DNA of 64,000 bases from Candidatus Latescibacterota bacterium (GCA_965219995.1 CBDCOX010000002.1:1568001-1632000), one strand, 5' to 3'. Shown: positions 10,248 to 21,026, counted from the stretch's first letter. Notes: generated from the sequence alone by a model not told the origin. Numbers and translations are program-made.

Positions 10248-11063
10248 CTAAGATCCCGCGCTTTCGTAGCGGCGAAGGCCGGCGGCAAAGACGGCCAGCG
10301 CCAGGGCGAGCATGGCGACACCCACTGCGGGGGTCCACAGTGCCACGTCGAGGGGCAGAGAAGTGTTCGCACTCTGGCCGAGGAAGTCGCAGGCGGGGTA
10401 GAACCCGATGAAGCCGAGGGGCAGTACGAAGGTCAATAGCGCCTGCAGGGGCCACGGGTACACGGTCAGTGGGTAGAAGGTGCCGCGCGCCATCAGTTCC
10501 ATGCTGGCGTCCACGAGGGGCTGGCTTCGCATGGTCCAGAACGCGATGGAGCTGATGAGAGTGAGGTTGGACCAGTAGATCAGGGTCCCGCCGGCAATGA
10601 CGAGGAGCACCTCGGCGACGTGCAGCGGTGTCCAGACAAACCCGGACAACCGGGCCCCGTAGAGGAAGTAGCCCGCGCCGATGCCCAGATGCACGAGACC
10701 GACCACATTGATTCGATGGCAGGAAAAGTGGAATGTGATCTCCAGGGGTCTGAGAAGCATCAGGTCGAACTCGCCGCGCGTGACAAAGCGATCGATCTGC
10801 CGCGACTGAAATGACAGGATGGACATGACGCCACGGCTCATCAGGCTCAGCCCATACAGAAAAGCGAGCTGTGGGAAGGTCCATCCCGAAAGCGGCTGGA
10901 ACCGGTCGACCAATACCTTGAGGGCAACGCCAATCCAGATGTAGTTGAAGCCCAGTCCAAGGCAGATGCTCAGCAGCGAGAACGGATACTCCAACGCCCG
11001 CTGAATCGACAAACGGCCATACAGAGCTCCAACGGACAAGTGATGACGCACGTTTGCGATCAT
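10248..11063 (-). CDS. ABC-2 family permease (DUF990-type)
   Basis: GEFD..LLRP, YP..VYP, RRYESAGS C-terminus. Confidence 0.9.
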   Translation of the reverse strand: MIANVRHHLSVGALYGRLSIQRALEYPFSLLSICLGLGFNYIWIGVALKVLVDRFQPLSGWTFPQLAFLYGLSLMSRGVMSILSFQSRQIDRFVTRGEFDLMLLRPLEITFHFSCHRINVVGLVHLGIGAGYFLYGARLSGFVWTPLHVAEVLLVIAGGTLIYWSNLTLISSIAFWTMRSQPLVDASMELMARGTFYPLTVYPWPLQALLTFVLPLGFIGFYPACDFLGQSANTSLPLDVALWTPAVGVAMLALALAVFAAGLRRYESAGS

Positions 11064-11071
11064 GGGCTACC

Positions 11072-11863
11072 CTATCCTCCCTGCACGAAGACCCGCCGCT
11101 GAGCGCGCATCCAGACGAGACCCGCGAGCAGGGCGAAGACCAGAACCCAGAGCGCCTGCACGGAGAGGACGTGGACAACCTCTGCGGCAGAGACGCGACC
11201 AATGTAGATCTCCAGCGGCGCCTGGAACGTGTACTGGAAGGGCATCCACCGCGATGCATCGGCGATGAAGTCGGGGAACAGCCACATGGGCACCAATCGT
11301 CCCGACAGGGCGAAGACGAGGCTGGTCTTTACTGAACTCACGTCCCCAAAGTCGGTGACCCAAAACGCCGTCATGCCAACGAGGACGCTAAGCAGCCACA
11401 GCAGCAGGAAGCTCAGCGCACAGCTCGGCAGAAACAGCAACCACGCTCCCATCCCCGCCGGCAGCGGCGGAGCCACAAAGAGGAGCGAGATGGCCAGCAG
11501 GGGCATGGCGAACTGCGTGACTGCCGCCAGCGAACGCCCCACGTCTTCGGTCAGCCAGTACCAAACGAGATTCACCGGTCGGATCAGATCGAGCGCGATC
11601 TCACCTGCGCGTATCTTACTAAAGAGCACGTTGTCGATGCTGACAATGAAGCATGCGTTCATCAACACGGCGACGACGGCATAGGTGACCATCTGCGCCT
11701 CGGTGACCCCGGCGACCTGGTCGATACCGCGATACGCGGTGCGCCAGAGGAAGACGGAGCCGAGGAGGAAGAACAGGTTCCGTCCAATAGAGGACAGATA
11801 CTCGAAGCGGTAGGCCAGCGCGTTCAGCAGCTGGAGCTTCAGCAAGTAGGGGTACAGGTTCAT
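11072..11863 (-). CDS. ABC-2 family permease (DUF990-type)
   Basis: GEIALDLIRP, LSG..VP...FP, VQGG C-terminus. Confidence 0.9.
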   Translation of the reverse strand: MNLYPYLLKLQLLNALAYRFEYLSSIGRNLFFLLGSVFLWRTAYRGIDQVAGVTEAQMVTYAVVAVLMNACFIVSIDNVLFSKIRAGEIALDLIRPVNLVWYWLTEDVGRSLAAVTQFAMPLLAISLLFVAPPLPAGMGAWLLFLPSCALSFLLLWLLSVLVGMTAFWVTDFGDVSSVKTSLVFALSGRLVPMWLFPDFIADASRWMPFQYTFQAPLEIYIGRVSAAEVVHVLSVQALWVLVFALLAGLVWMRAQRRVFVQGG

Positions 11864-11969
11864 GGACGGTTAATTTTCTGTCCCGGAAACTGGTTGCGTG
11901 AATTCAGTTGAGCAGTATCCGGTAAGTCCGGAACCACGAACGTGCCCTCGTCGTCTCCCGGGCCAACCC

Positions 11970-12578
11970 TCACAGGATCTCCTTGCCGAAGTCGGCGTAG
12001 GTCCCCGCGGCGGAAAGCCTGATCGGGGCGTTGATTCCGTCCAGTTCGGTGGCCACGGAACCAAGTGCTGCGAAATCAGGGATGGTCCACACAGCCAGTC
12101 CGCCGGGTTCGGGTGCCAGCATCCCGATTCTCTGGACGAGGAGATTGAGAGTGAACTCAGGATGTTGTTCTGCGCGGCTTTCGTAGAAACACCTGACGGC
12201 ATCCGCGGTGCCGCGGGCATCGAAAAACTCGGCGTAGTAGGTGCCGTTGCGGGCCGGGACCGGTTCGAGCAGCGGAGTGTAGCACCCGGCAACGTCGATC
12301 CGCGCGACCTGAAAGAACGGAAGTTCCAGGTCGTCCGCCTCGCCGCTGCGAAAGATCCGGTCCCACGCGTCGATCCTTTCAAGGCCGGCGTTGCGCGTGT
12401 GCCAGACCGTCATGTAGCCCGGATCGGGCCCCAATCGCCAGGTGCGGCCGACGGACAGAACAAGCTCGTCCTCATACCCGCTGTCCCACCCCTCCTGCCC
12501 CTGTGCGGCCTGCGAGCGAAACGTCTCCGGATCGACGCCGGGCAGACGGCTGATGTACTCGATGTATACAAGTCCCAT
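11970..12578 (-). CDS. hypothetical protein with internal duplication
   Basis: 202 aa; two similar halves (GRTWRLGPDPGYMTVW / QRIGMLAPEPGGLAVW). Confidence 0.7.
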   Translation of the reverse strand: MGLVYIEYISRLPGVDPETFRSQAAQGQEGWDSGYEDELVLSVGRTWRLGPDPGYMTVWHTRNAGLERIDAWDRIFRSGEADDLELPFFQVARIDVAGCYTPLLEPVPARNGTYYAEFFDARGTADAVRCFYESRAEQHPEFTLNLLVQRIGMLAPEPGGLAVWTIPDFAALGSVATELDGINAPIRLSAAGTYADFGKEIL

Positions 12579-12599
12579 CGTGTGTGTTGTCCTGTTGCC

Positions 12600-13652
12600 T
12601 CACGGCCTGGCCACAGCGACCTCTTTCCCGGACGCCGCCGAGGCATAAAGCGCGTCCATGAGTCGCTGAATTCGCACGATCTCCCTGCCCGATACGGGAG
12701 AAGCCTCACCCTGACGGACGGCACGCAGGAATTCGACGATCAGCGGCCTCATATCGTAGTCGCACGGCTTAACGTCGGGGGTCTCCTCACGCCACGATCG
12801 TCCATCGTCAGTCCAGATTCGAAGTGGTGAAATAGACGCGGCACCGCGGTCGCCGAGAAGGGTCCAGCCTTCGTGTCTGTCAGAAGGCGCCTGAAGAAAA
12901 TTCGCTTCCACAGCCAGGATGGTGTTCCCAGACAACCGAACGAAGCCCGCGCCGAAGTCCTCGAAGTCCGGATCGAGCGACGCCGGGTGGATGTGATCTT
13001 GCATGGGTCCGGCCGCCATCGGGAAATTGGAAACCCGCTGATGGCAGAATGCGCTGGCAGTGAGCGGTTCGGGGTTGCCAAGCAGCCAGAGCACGAGGTC
13101 GAGGTTGTGAATCGTCCAGTGTGCGAGAACGCCTCCGCCGCACGATCCACGCGACCGGTGCGCCATCGCCGGCAGTCCGCGGGCACACCCTCCCCACGTT
13201 CGAACGGCGTGTACGTGACCGAGTACGCCGTCTGCGATCCGGTCTCTCAGATACCGGGACTCGTCCCAGGTCCGGTATTGGAAACAGATGCTCAGCAGTC
13301 GATTGTTTGTTTCGGCGGCATGGATCATGTCCCGTGCCTCGTCCGCATTCATCGCCACGGGCTTTTCGCACAGGACATGGCATCCCGCCTCCAGGCACAT
13401 CACCGCGAGGTCTCGATGACTCGAGGGCAGCGTCGCAATGCTCACGACGTCGGGCCTGGTCCTTTCGAGCATCTCTTCCGCATCCAGAAATCCGGCGACT
13501 TCAAACTGTTTTCCGGCCCGCGCCACCCGTTCGGGTACCAAATCGCACACGCCTACAAGCGAACAGACTCCGGTCTCTTCCGCCTCCCGGTAGGCTGGCA
13601 GATGTTGTGCGGTCGCGATCTGGCCGCACCCGATCACCGCGACTTTAGTCAT
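12600..13652 (-). CDS. Gfo/Idh/MocA oxidoreductase
   Basis: IGCG.IA, HVLCEKP, GGG......H..D. Confidence 0.92.
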   Translation of the reverse strand: MTKVAVIGCGQIATAQHLPAYREAEETGVCSLVGVCDLVPERVARAGKQFEVAGFLDAEEMLERTRPDVVSIATLPSSHRDLAVMCLEAGCHVLCEKPVAMNADEARDMIHAAETNNRLLSICFQYRTWDESRYLRDRIADGVLGHVHAVRTWGGCARGLPAMAHRSRGSCGGGVLAHWTIHNLDLVLWLLGNPEPLTASAFCHQRVSNFPMAAGPMQDHIHPASLDPDFEDFGAGFVRLSGNTILAVEANFLQAPSDRHEGWTLLGDRGAASISPLRIWTDDGRSWREETPDVKPCDYDMRPLIVEFLRAVRQGEASPVSGREIVRIQRLMDALYASAASGKEVAVARP

Positions 13653-13894
13653 GAGCCCCTCGCAGCAGTAGGCTAAACTTCACGCCGGATCGCAACACCG
13701 ATGCGTTGTGCGCCATCGCTCGGGCGTTCGAACCGCCCATCGTCAACGACTCGACGATTCATGGAGCCGCGCCAGTCACGTCGAAGCTCTTAACGGGACC
13801 AACGTTTAGCGCACATCATTGATGATTGTATTGGGTTTTGGCTCATTCACTTCCTGTAAACGACATCTACCGGGCGTGTTGATGAAAACTCTCA

Positions 13895-14071
13895 TTAGAC
13901 GGCAAAGGGCGCTTTGGTTGGTTTGCGACGTGGAAATGACACGGGCTTCTGGGACAATCGGGCTTGCCGCTTTTGAATATCTTCATAAATAGCATCAATA
14001 TCGTGATGAAACTTAGCTGCGTATTGCTCACGGAGCTTTCGTGTTTCTTCTACAATCGGATCTTTCCACAT
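13895..14071 (-). CDS. 58-aa protein (MWKDPIVEETRKLRE...), partner of PIN toxin; absent from ORF track
   Basis: Read manually; begins 3 nt after the PIN fragment stop and ends in GTCTAAT (R''-like). Confidence 0.7.
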   Translation of the reverse strand: MWKDPIVEETRKLREQYAAKFHHDIDAIYEDIQKRQARLSQKPVSFPRRKPTKAPFAV

Positions 14072-14074
14072 GAT

Positions 14075-14238
14075 TCAACCCTCCATCAGTTCCTGAGGTG
14101 TGCAGATGATAGGCGGTTCAAAGCCTTGTTGAAAACAGATCTCTTCTATGCGCGGTCTCAAGGCCGCATTTGCAATGTGCGTGCAAATCCAGGTGAGCAA
14201 ATAATCCATGCCGTTTACCGCTGCAACTGCGATATGGT
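14075..14238 (-). pseudogene. C-terminal fragment of PIN/VapC-like toxin
   Basis: HIAVAAVNGMDYLLTW.CTHIANA...P.ICTP.EL; N-terminus missing. Confidence 0.75.
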
Positions 14239-14316
14239 AGGTACCCCGAGACCCGGCGAGGGGCAGCCGCGGGATATGGCGAAACAGACGCGCCAGCGCG
14301 CAACAGGAGGATTGCA

Positions 14317-14757
14317 CTACCTGGCCGCCTCCATGGACGCTACCAGCAAGTCAATCTTGTCGTCGTAGTTGGCAACGAGTTCCGGAAGTGAACTGACGTC
14401 GGCCCAAAAGAACTCGAATGGATGGATGACGGTTCCGTCCTCCGCATGTTCTCCGTGGCGCCATGTTTCTTCCGTCGGCCCTTCCACAGACAGATGAAAG
14501 AACCAGCGAACCTGCAGTTCATCGCTGCCACAGTCCCGCATGTCCCGCGTATCCCGGCCCAGGAACTGTTCAAATTTCAGCCCGGTTAATCCCGTCTCCT
14601 CCCTTGCTTCACGCATCACGGCATCCCGAGGACTCTCTCCTGGCTCAATCGTACCCGCCGGGACCTGAATGCCTGCATCGGGCGCGCCGGGTTGCGTAAA
14701 GAGAAGCAGCCGGCTCCCGCTGGTTATATAGGCGTAAGCTCTGTGGCGCGTCTTCAT
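14317..14757 (-). CDS. NUDIX hydrolase (copy 2)
   Basis: Nudix box; closely similar to 6980-7420, including an upstream CGGCAC..GTGCCG hairpin. Confidence 0.9.
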   Translation of the reverse strand: MKTRHRAYAYITSGSRLLLFTQPGAPDAGIQVPAGTIEPGESPRDAVMREAREETGLTGLKFEQFLGRDTRDMRDCGSDELQVRWFFHLSVEGPTEETWRHGEHAEDGTVIHPFEFFWADVSSLPELVANYDDKIDLLVASMEAAR

Positions 14758-15060
14758 TGGAGTAGGAGTTGGCTAGCCCCTGGTCCCCCATATGGGCTAT
14801 AATATACTCGGCACCCCGAAGCCGGAGGTGCCGCATAAACCGATGTGGAGTTCTGCCGGACCATCGTAAAATTCAAGACGCAATGAACACGCGAAGCGCG
14901 GTCTGAGCAGTTACAGGACGCGTGCACTACTTGCGGGCATCCGTCCTCCATCCATTCTCTCTGCGTTGCTTGTGCTCAGCTTGTCGCAGTGCACTCACTG
15001 CGGGCGTACTCGTCCTGCCTCTTCACGGAGCTGACGTCAACCGACTGGGTTTTTGATTCA

Positions 15061-15093
15061 AGCTGAGTGCTGATAGCTGACGGCTGATAGCTG
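15061..15093. repeat. short GCTGA(TA)-type 7-mer tandem repeat
   Basis: AGCTGAGTGCTGATAGCTGACGGCTGATAGCTG. Confidence 0.55.
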
Positions 15094-15143
15094 TTTCTGC
15101 TGCTTCCGGTCGGTCGAATCCCGACAGTCAATCACGGGGGCAT

Positions 15144-15785
15144 CTAGGGCCATTTGTAGTGACGTATCTTCGGATCGCGGTATTTCGCTCGAGTGTCCCA
15201 CCACATTGCAATGCCGATCCCTCCCCCGTCGTAGCTGGCATCGGTCACCTGGTTGACGAGTCTACCGTCAATATAGGTCGTCAGCGAGCGGTGCCGGGCC
15301 GAGATGATGAGGTGGTATTCGCGTCCTTTCTCAAGCGGATAGTTGACGACACTGAGCTTGGTGACACCGTGTCGGTCCGGCTCACGCAACGTGACGTTTA
15401 TCGACTGCCAGGCATAATCGAACTCCACGAAATAGAAGCCTTTCCTGTCGTCAGTCACGCGGAACGGGAACTGCATGCACGAGCCCTTTTTCAGCGTAAC
15501 AAAGAGCGAATATTCGTAGTTCTTCCAGTTGGAATCACCCTGAAACAGATGGGACTTGCGTTTGCCATCCAGGTTCCCGATAACGGCGTCGCCATCGCGA
15601 GCCCATGCGCCGGATGACGCGGTCGGCCCCCAGCCTTCGAGGCCGTTACCCTGAAGAAGCGATTGCCAGGGGATGATCAGGCCGTCGGGCCGGCTCCGGC
15701 CATAGTCGTCGCGGGCGCCGGACTCCGCGTCGATGGTCGAAACCGGGAAAAGAAGCACAAGCAGGCAAACAAAGAGAGCATTCAT
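15144..15785 (-). CDS. DUF1080-like secreted beta-sandwich protein
   Basis: Signal peptide, W.SL..G.GL.GW, G.IG motifs. Confidence 0.65.
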   Translation of the reverse strand: MNALFVCLLVLLFPVSTIDAESGARDDYGRSRPDGLIIPWQSLLQGNGLEGWGPTASSGAWARDGDAVIGNLDGKRKSHLFQGDSNWKNYEYSLFVTLKKGSCMQFPFRVTDDRKGFYFVEFDYAWQSINVTLREPDRHGVTKLSVVNYPLEKGREYHLIISARHRSLTTYIDGRLVNQVTDASYDGGGIGIAMWWDTRAKYRDPKIRHYKWP

Positions 15786-15887
15786 GTCTTCGTCCCATTT
15801 CGTTGCAATCGCGTGTCGGCGGCCGGCGGCGATGGAAACGCCACCGTGACGGTAGTCACCTTCAACATTCGCGCGTGGACACATCTG

Positions 15888-16949
15888 TCACAGTCGCACC
15901 CAATCCTTAAGGTTTGCATGCTCGAATATCATCTCGTTCTGTAATTGCAGATCCTGTCCCAGGCCGGCGTCGAGGGATCTCTCATACATGGCGATGGCGA
16001 TCCCGATGTCAACGTAGGCCAGGCCAACCGCATTAAAGTAAATTCTCTCGTCGTCATCTTCCCTTCCCGGCTTCGAGCCGCACACCAACTCCCCAAGATT
16101 CGCATACAGGTCGCTATCCGTCAGCAGACCCTCCTTGTACATGCGACTCAGCGTCTGTGTTCTGTGTTTCACGGTCTCCCAGTCATCGCAGACGATCTTA
16201 TCGCACTGTTTCGCCACGTTGTATTCATCTTCCCAGCCGCCAATATGACTGTAGAAAGCTCCGGGTTTCATCCATTCTGCCTTGAGCAGCGGCGCCTGTG
16301 CGCTTGTTGCCGTGACGATGATATCCGCTCCGTCAACCGCACGTTCGAGGTCTGAATTCGCGATCGAAAACTCCATATCGGGAAGGATCGCAGACATTTC
16401 CCGTGTGAACTGTTCTTCCTCAGCACCCAGTTTCGCGGCCACACGACATGTCGTAAGGGACGGTATGGCGGCCTTCATTGCGATCAGGTGCATCTTTGCC
16501 TGTTCACCGGCGCCGATAAATCCAATCGATGTTGCGTCCTGCCGCGCCAGATGCCTGGCAGCCAGCGCGCCGATGCTTCCAACTCGAATGTTGGAACAAA
16601 GCGTTCCTTCCATAAACGCAATCGGAAATCCATGGACAATCTCGGACAAAATGATCACCGCCGAGAGATTCTGAATCCCATGGATGACCGGATTCGGCGG
16701 AAAGACCGACACCCACTTCATCCCGCATATTCTCTTATCCTTGAACGTCGCCGGCAGGCAGTTGATCCTCTCCTGGGTTTCATCGTTGAAGATTTGCACG
16801 ATCTTGTCAGGAAACAGAATGTCTCCTTTATCGAAGGCACGAATTGCCGATTCGGCAGCGTCCATCGCCATCCGGATATCCAGGCATCCGGCGGCGAGGA
16901 GATCTTCCTGTGAAAGGAAACGGCAATGAATGTCATGACGTGGCATCAA
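15888..16949 (-). CDS. ornithine cyclodeaminase/mu-crystallin family
   Basis: GMKWVSVFP.N, GFIGAG.QA, G.KPGR, GLA..D. Confidence 0.9.
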   Translation of the reverse strand: MMPRHDIHCRFLSQEDLLAAGCLDIRMAMDAAESAIRAFDKGDILFPDKIVQIFNDETQERINCLPATFKDKRICGMKWVSVFPPNPVIHGIQNLSAVIILSEIVHGFPIAFMEGTLCSNIRVGSIGALAARHLARQDATSIGFIGAGEQAKMHLIAMKAAIPSLTTCRVAAKLGAEEEQFTREMSAILPDMEFSIANSDLERAVDGADIIVTATSAQAPLLKAEWMKPGAFYSHIGGWEDEYNVAKQCDKIVCDDWETVKHRTQTLSRMYKEGLLTDSDLYANLGELVCGSKPGREDDDERIYFNAVGLAYVDIGIAIAMYERSLDAGLGQDLQLQNEMIFEHANLKDWVRL

Positions 16950-16973
16950 TGATCCTTCCGTTTGTAGTTGGTA

Positions 16974-17552
16974 TCAGACTCCCCAGTTCGACACATAGGA
17001 TCGACTCTTGAGTCGCTCCGCAAGCTCAATCAATACCGAAACTGACTTTCTTAACCTCGCCGTAGTTGCGTCGTCAAGTTCGCCTTCCTCACCCCAATTA
17101 TCGCCGTGCGCATAGACATTATACGGGCTGACAATGCACTTGAAATCCAGCATAAGGGACGTTGCCAGCGACGCAAACGCCATATAGCTGTGCGGCAAGC
17201 TGGCCGAATTGACAAACATCACGACCTTGTCATAGAAAGCGCCTCTGAGTGATCCGCCTGGAGGCGTAGAGCCTATATACTCGACGAATTTCTTGAGCTC
17301 TGAACAACATGCCCAGTTGTAGACCGGACTGGCCAATATGACCGCATCAGCTGCCGCAATGATCCCATGGCACGATTGGTAAACCTCGGATGAATAGATC
17401 TCGTCGTCGTCGAAATTTGGCGGATCGAGTTGTCGAAGATCGATGAAGTCAACAGAATGCCCCCGGTTCTCCAGGGCGGTCCGACACATGGCAGCAAGCA
17501 CCCTGCTGCGACTACGGGCATCGAGACTGCTGCTGACGACTGAAATCCTCAT
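16974..17552 (-). CDS. NADPH-dependent FMN reductase
   Basis: SSS....SRS, ASPVYN......LK. Confidence 0.85.
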   Translation of the reverse strand: MRISVVSSSLDARSRSRVLAAMCRTALENRGHSVDFIDLRQLDPPNFDDDEIYSSEVYQSCHGIIAAADAVILASPVYNWACCSELKKFVEYIGSTPPGGSLRGAFYDKVVMFVNSASLPHSYMAFASLATSLMLDFKCIVSPYNVYAHGDNWGEEGELDDATTARLRKSVSVLIELAERLKSRSYVSNWGV

Positions 17553-17588
17553 CTGAGACTTCCTTTAGATCGGCCCACTTCGCAGGGC

Positions 17589-17682
17589 CTCGAACGTTAT
17601 CACCACCTGCGACCCCGTGCATGCGGGGTGCGCGCAAGCGCCAGGCACAGAATGTCGTGCAACGCAAATGGACGTGATATAT
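17589..17682 (-). repeat. attC-like site with non-canonical R'' (ATATATC)
   Basis: Aligns with 57248-57392 at both arms; R' GTTCGAG. Confidence 0.7.
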
Positions 17683-17726
17683 TACGTGGGAATTCTCACT
17701 CAGTCAATTCTTTGCCGGTGTATTGC

Positions 17727-18623
17727 TCAGTTCGGGGCTTGCGCAAAAGACGCGACAGATGACGTGTACGCGTGGCCTCCCGCCTGCCTTCGCTTCTCAA
17801 GACTGCTATGAAGTTCGTTAGACTCCCAGTTCCCGCTCTCTGCCTCCTCACGCCACTTCATGTTGTATGTCTCTCGCTTGCAAACGTCCAGGTGCTTCGG
17901 GGCAAGCGTGAGCCACGTCTTCCCTGAAGTAACACATCCGAAACCGTTAACGCATGGCGAGTGCATGTAGAGCAGGTTCTTCGCCAGGTACGTCAGATAG
18001 TCTTCCGAACAGTACCTGGCTCCGTTATGACTCAGTTCGTCGTTGCAGTTGATGGTCTTGTGCCGGCAAAGTCGGTCCCTTGTCTCCCATGGATTCAGGA
18101 TCAGTCCGTCGGAGTCACACAGATACGCATTGTAAGAAGGGTCAACCATCACCCAATTCGAGAGAGTCGAACACCAAACCACCGTAACAACATGATTATC
18201 ATAGTCATACGGATTCAGAGGATTCAGAGATACCAATCTGCTCGGCAATCCCAGAGACAGGCAGGCTTCTGTCAGCACGATAGAAAGCATGTAACAGTTG
18301 ATGCCGTAGTCCTCGCCTTTGCCGAACGAATACCTCAGAAGTCCCGAAGCGTTCATGGGCAGGGATTTGCAGACTTCGGGCAGCGATTTGGTGATGTCGC
18401 CTCTGTGGCATACGCCCTCAGACATCCACTGCATCAAGTTCAGGACCCTGGACCATTCGTCTCCACCTCCGGCAATCCGATCAAGTCCATATACTTTGCG
18501 CAGGCGCTCGAGCTCTGGATGTGAGAGTTCATACTGGAAGCCAGGTGCCAACTCGTCCGGAAACGAATCAAACTCGTCAAATAGGCGTAAGAGCCCGCAG
18601 TATAGCCTGAACTGGTTATTCAT
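17727..18623 (-). CDS. transglutaminase-like domain protein
   Basis: GINC, NHVV, W..VDPS triad motifs. Confidence 0.85.
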   Translation of the reverse strand: MNNQFRLYCGLLRLFDEFDSFPDELAPGFQYELSHPELERLRKVYGLDRIAGGGDEWSRVLNLMQWMSEGVCHRGDITKSLPEVCKSLPMNASGLLRYSFGKGEDYGINCYMLSIVLTEACLSLGLPSRLVSLNPLNPYDYDNHVVTVVWCSTLSNWVMVDPSYNAYLCDSDGLILNPWETRDRLCRHKTINCNDELSHNGARYCSEDYLTYLAKNLLYMHSPCVNGFGCVTSGKTWLTLAPKHLDVCKRETYNMKWREEAESGNWESNELHSSLEKRRQAGGHAYTSSVASFAQAPN

Positions 18624-18664
18624 CGTTGCTTCCTCAAGTTATGTTGATTCTATCTTCCCATTTT

Positions 18665-18750
18665 ATATATCGTCCTCGCAGGCTGCGAACCTGCGAAGCG
18701 GGTTGAGCGAAGGCGCGAATACGCAGGAGCCACAGCCCGTCGTGTTATAC
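18665..18750 (-). repeat. attC-like site with non-canonical R' (GATATAT)
   Basis: R'' GTATAAC; family GCGAACC arm. Confidence 0.75.
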
Positions 18751-18763
18751 GATGGCGGCCTGA

Positions 18764-19110
18764 TCACGCGAAGCCCAGGAGGGCAATAGTCTTCATAACC
18801 TGGGTCGCCAGTACCAGCATGTGGTACACTTTTCCGCCTCCGCTTTCCTCAACGTCTACACAGGAGAACCCAATCTCACGAGCCGTCAGCAAGAAAGCTT
18901 CCGTGTTCCTGGTTAGACGGCGCGACGCGTGCATACGGTTACCCAGGACGGCGGGCATGGGAAGGTGCTGAAGAGCTTTTCAGTGACGTCTCCAGTCTGA
19001 GCAGGGCAAGGAGGTGTTATAGGAAGTGCCAAACCTGTTCCCTTACCACAGCAATCTCAATTCCGCACACATTCCCGCCAGACGGCTTTGAAAGGCTTTC
19101 CTGTGTAATT
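18764..19110 (-). pseudogene. degraded cassette ORF remnant
   Basis: Only a short C-terminal ORF (18764-18958) remains between two attC-like sites. Confidence 0.35.
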
Positions 19111-19139
19111 CCATCAGGTACGAATAGGTGCTCGATCTC

Positions 19140-19204
19140 GAGATGCGTCCACTCTTGAAAGTGACCTTCAAGCTCGGATTGGGAGCGGCAACAGGTTGTT
19201 ATGA
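19140..19204 (-). repeat. attC remnant (R'' half)
   Basis: GAGCGGCAACAGGTT-GTTATGA; matches R' GTTATGTGAAA at 20184. Confidence 0.55.
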
Positions 19205-19230
19205 GAAAGTTTCATCTCGGTCGGCTGCCG

Positions 19231-20148
19231 CTACTCGGGAGCCCCAAGTTCACGGAGTCTATCAATTTCCCGGTAGACCGCACGTTGTTCACGGTCCAGA
19301 GTGCCGTCCGGCCCGGTGCGCCATCTCTGACGCGCCAATGCATAACCCAAGGGCGTGACTTCCTTGATTTCGCTGCCTACATAACATCTCGCCCGCATGG
19401 ATAGATCCGGTCCGTGTCGCAGGAGACAATCGAAGGCTTCGTAGCAAGAGCCAAAGGCGCGCCCAATTGTGTGAAAGATGGGCGTCTGTTCACCGGTTCC
19501 ATCAAAGATGATCTGGGTACGTCGCCCATCATTCGTCTCATGGATCGGACCGATCGCATCAATGTCAGCTCCATAATTGAGCAACAGCTCCACGAACTCC
19601 GCATCGTTGTGGGCCGCAGCCACGTGAAGCAACGTGCCGCTGGTTGGTATGGCGTGCGAAGTGTCTTCGTGGATCTGGTGAATCAATAACGGGTCCCGTT
19701 GAATTCGCCGCTCAAGGGAACTCAAATCGCCGCGATGAATATCCATGTAGGGTCCATCTTCATAATCAGCTCCGGCGTCGATGAGAACATTCACGAATTC
19801 GTAACGCCACTGACCGGCAGAACCCAACCCGGCCATGAGTCCCGGATTGGGTCGCACGCCACGAGCGAGTAGACGCTTGACCTGCGCCATGTCCCGATTC
19901 CCAACGCAATGGGCAAGCGAGTGGTTCAGGAAATCAAGGTTTGCGCCCGCGGCTAATAGCGCATCAATGCTTCCCTGTTGATCGCGCGCATTTGCGTAAC
20001 GGATCGGCGTGATCAATCGCCGGCGTCCCTTGCTATCGGTCCATAGGAACTCCTGGCCGATCTGAGTTGGATCCCGATCCAGAAGTTCATTGATGCGCGA
20101 GATATCGCCTTTCTCAATGGCTCTCTTCAACGGATTATCGGTGCCCAT
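19231..20148 (-). CDS. ankyrin repeat protein
   Basis: TLLHVAA......VELLLNYGADID, TPI/TPL repeats. Confidence 0.88.
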   Translation of the reverse strand: MGTDNPLKRAIEKGDISRINELLDRDPTQIGQEFLWTDSKGRRRLITPIRYANARDQQGSIDALLAAGANLDFLNHSLAHCVGNRDMAQVKRLLARGVRPNPGLMAGLGSAGQWRYEFVNVLIDAGADYEDGPYMDIHRGDLSSLERRIQRDPLLIHQIHEDTSHAIPTSGTLLHVAAAHNDAEFVELLLNYGADIDAIGPIHETNDGRRTQIIFDGTGEQTPIFHTIGRAFGSCYEAFDCLLRHGPDLSMRARCYVGSEIKEVTPLGYALARQRWRTGPDGTLDREQRAVYREIDRLRELGAPE

Positions 20149-20525
20149 GCCTATTCGATGTTGTGATTTGGAATTTCACATAACTACGGTATTACCAAAC
20201 AGTTACGGTAATTTGTATCTGGTCGGAGGATCTGCGAACGTTCGATTACGTTGGCACTTATAGCCGAAGATGTTGCGGATCCCGGATCTTCTGTCAACTG
20301 ACTCGACCACGTGATTGTGGGCCACTGTCCAGGTCGCTTAAGCGGTCGTAGCGTCCCGGCTGCGCGAGGGTTTCCCACGTTATTCCCCTGCCCTGAGACG
20401 ACCCAATTCGATCACGGTCGGCATCGTCACCTCCCCCTTGGGACCCAATCCCGCAACCGTCCGGAAATTTCTCAACGCCTGACGTGTGGCCTCGCTTAGT
20501 TCACTGTCCACCAGCCCGGTACGAT

Positions 20526-21026
20526 TCACGCCTCATCAGCGCAGTCGTCCTTCTTCTCGTGGCGTAATGTGCGTTCAAGTTCTGCCAGGAATCCGCTCTC
20601 ACTAATAAATCCTGAAAATCCTCCGTAGTCGCTCAAGTCTGAACAGGCTGTCAGAATCGAATTTGCCGCCATATCACTGGATATCTTCGCTTTAATCCCA
20701 TTCAAATAAGATTCAAGATCCGGACGGTCCTGCAAAGCGCCTAACGCTCTGGGCCTGATTCCGGCGATTTCACGTTCCACGTCAATTCGCCATCCCTTAT
20801 GCTTGAGAAATGACCGAAACGCGATTTCCTCGGCTTTTTCCAGATGACCATCGATATAGAGCGTCATCACCGCAGCTTCAAGAAAGGCCAATTGTTCATC
20901 TGTCGTAAGCTTTCGCGGATCGATAATTGAGCGCATTCTGGAACTGAAGAGCTTAAAGAGAGTGCCTACGAGGATTGGTGCAAGAATGAAAATAGCTATC
21001 ACTGCAATTGAGTCATCTGAGAACAT
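20526..21026 (-). CDS. membrane-anchored TerB-like protein
   Basis: N-terminal TM helix, IDG.L..AE motif. Confidence 0.55.
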   Translation of the reverse strand: MFSDDSIAVIAIFILAPILVGTLFKLFSSRMRSIIDPRKLTTDEQLAFLEAAVMTLYIDGHLEKAEEIAFRSFLKHKGWRIDVEREIAGIRPRALGALQDRPDLESYLNGIKAKISSDMAANSILTACSDLSDYGGFSGFISESGFLAELERTLRHEKKDDCADEA

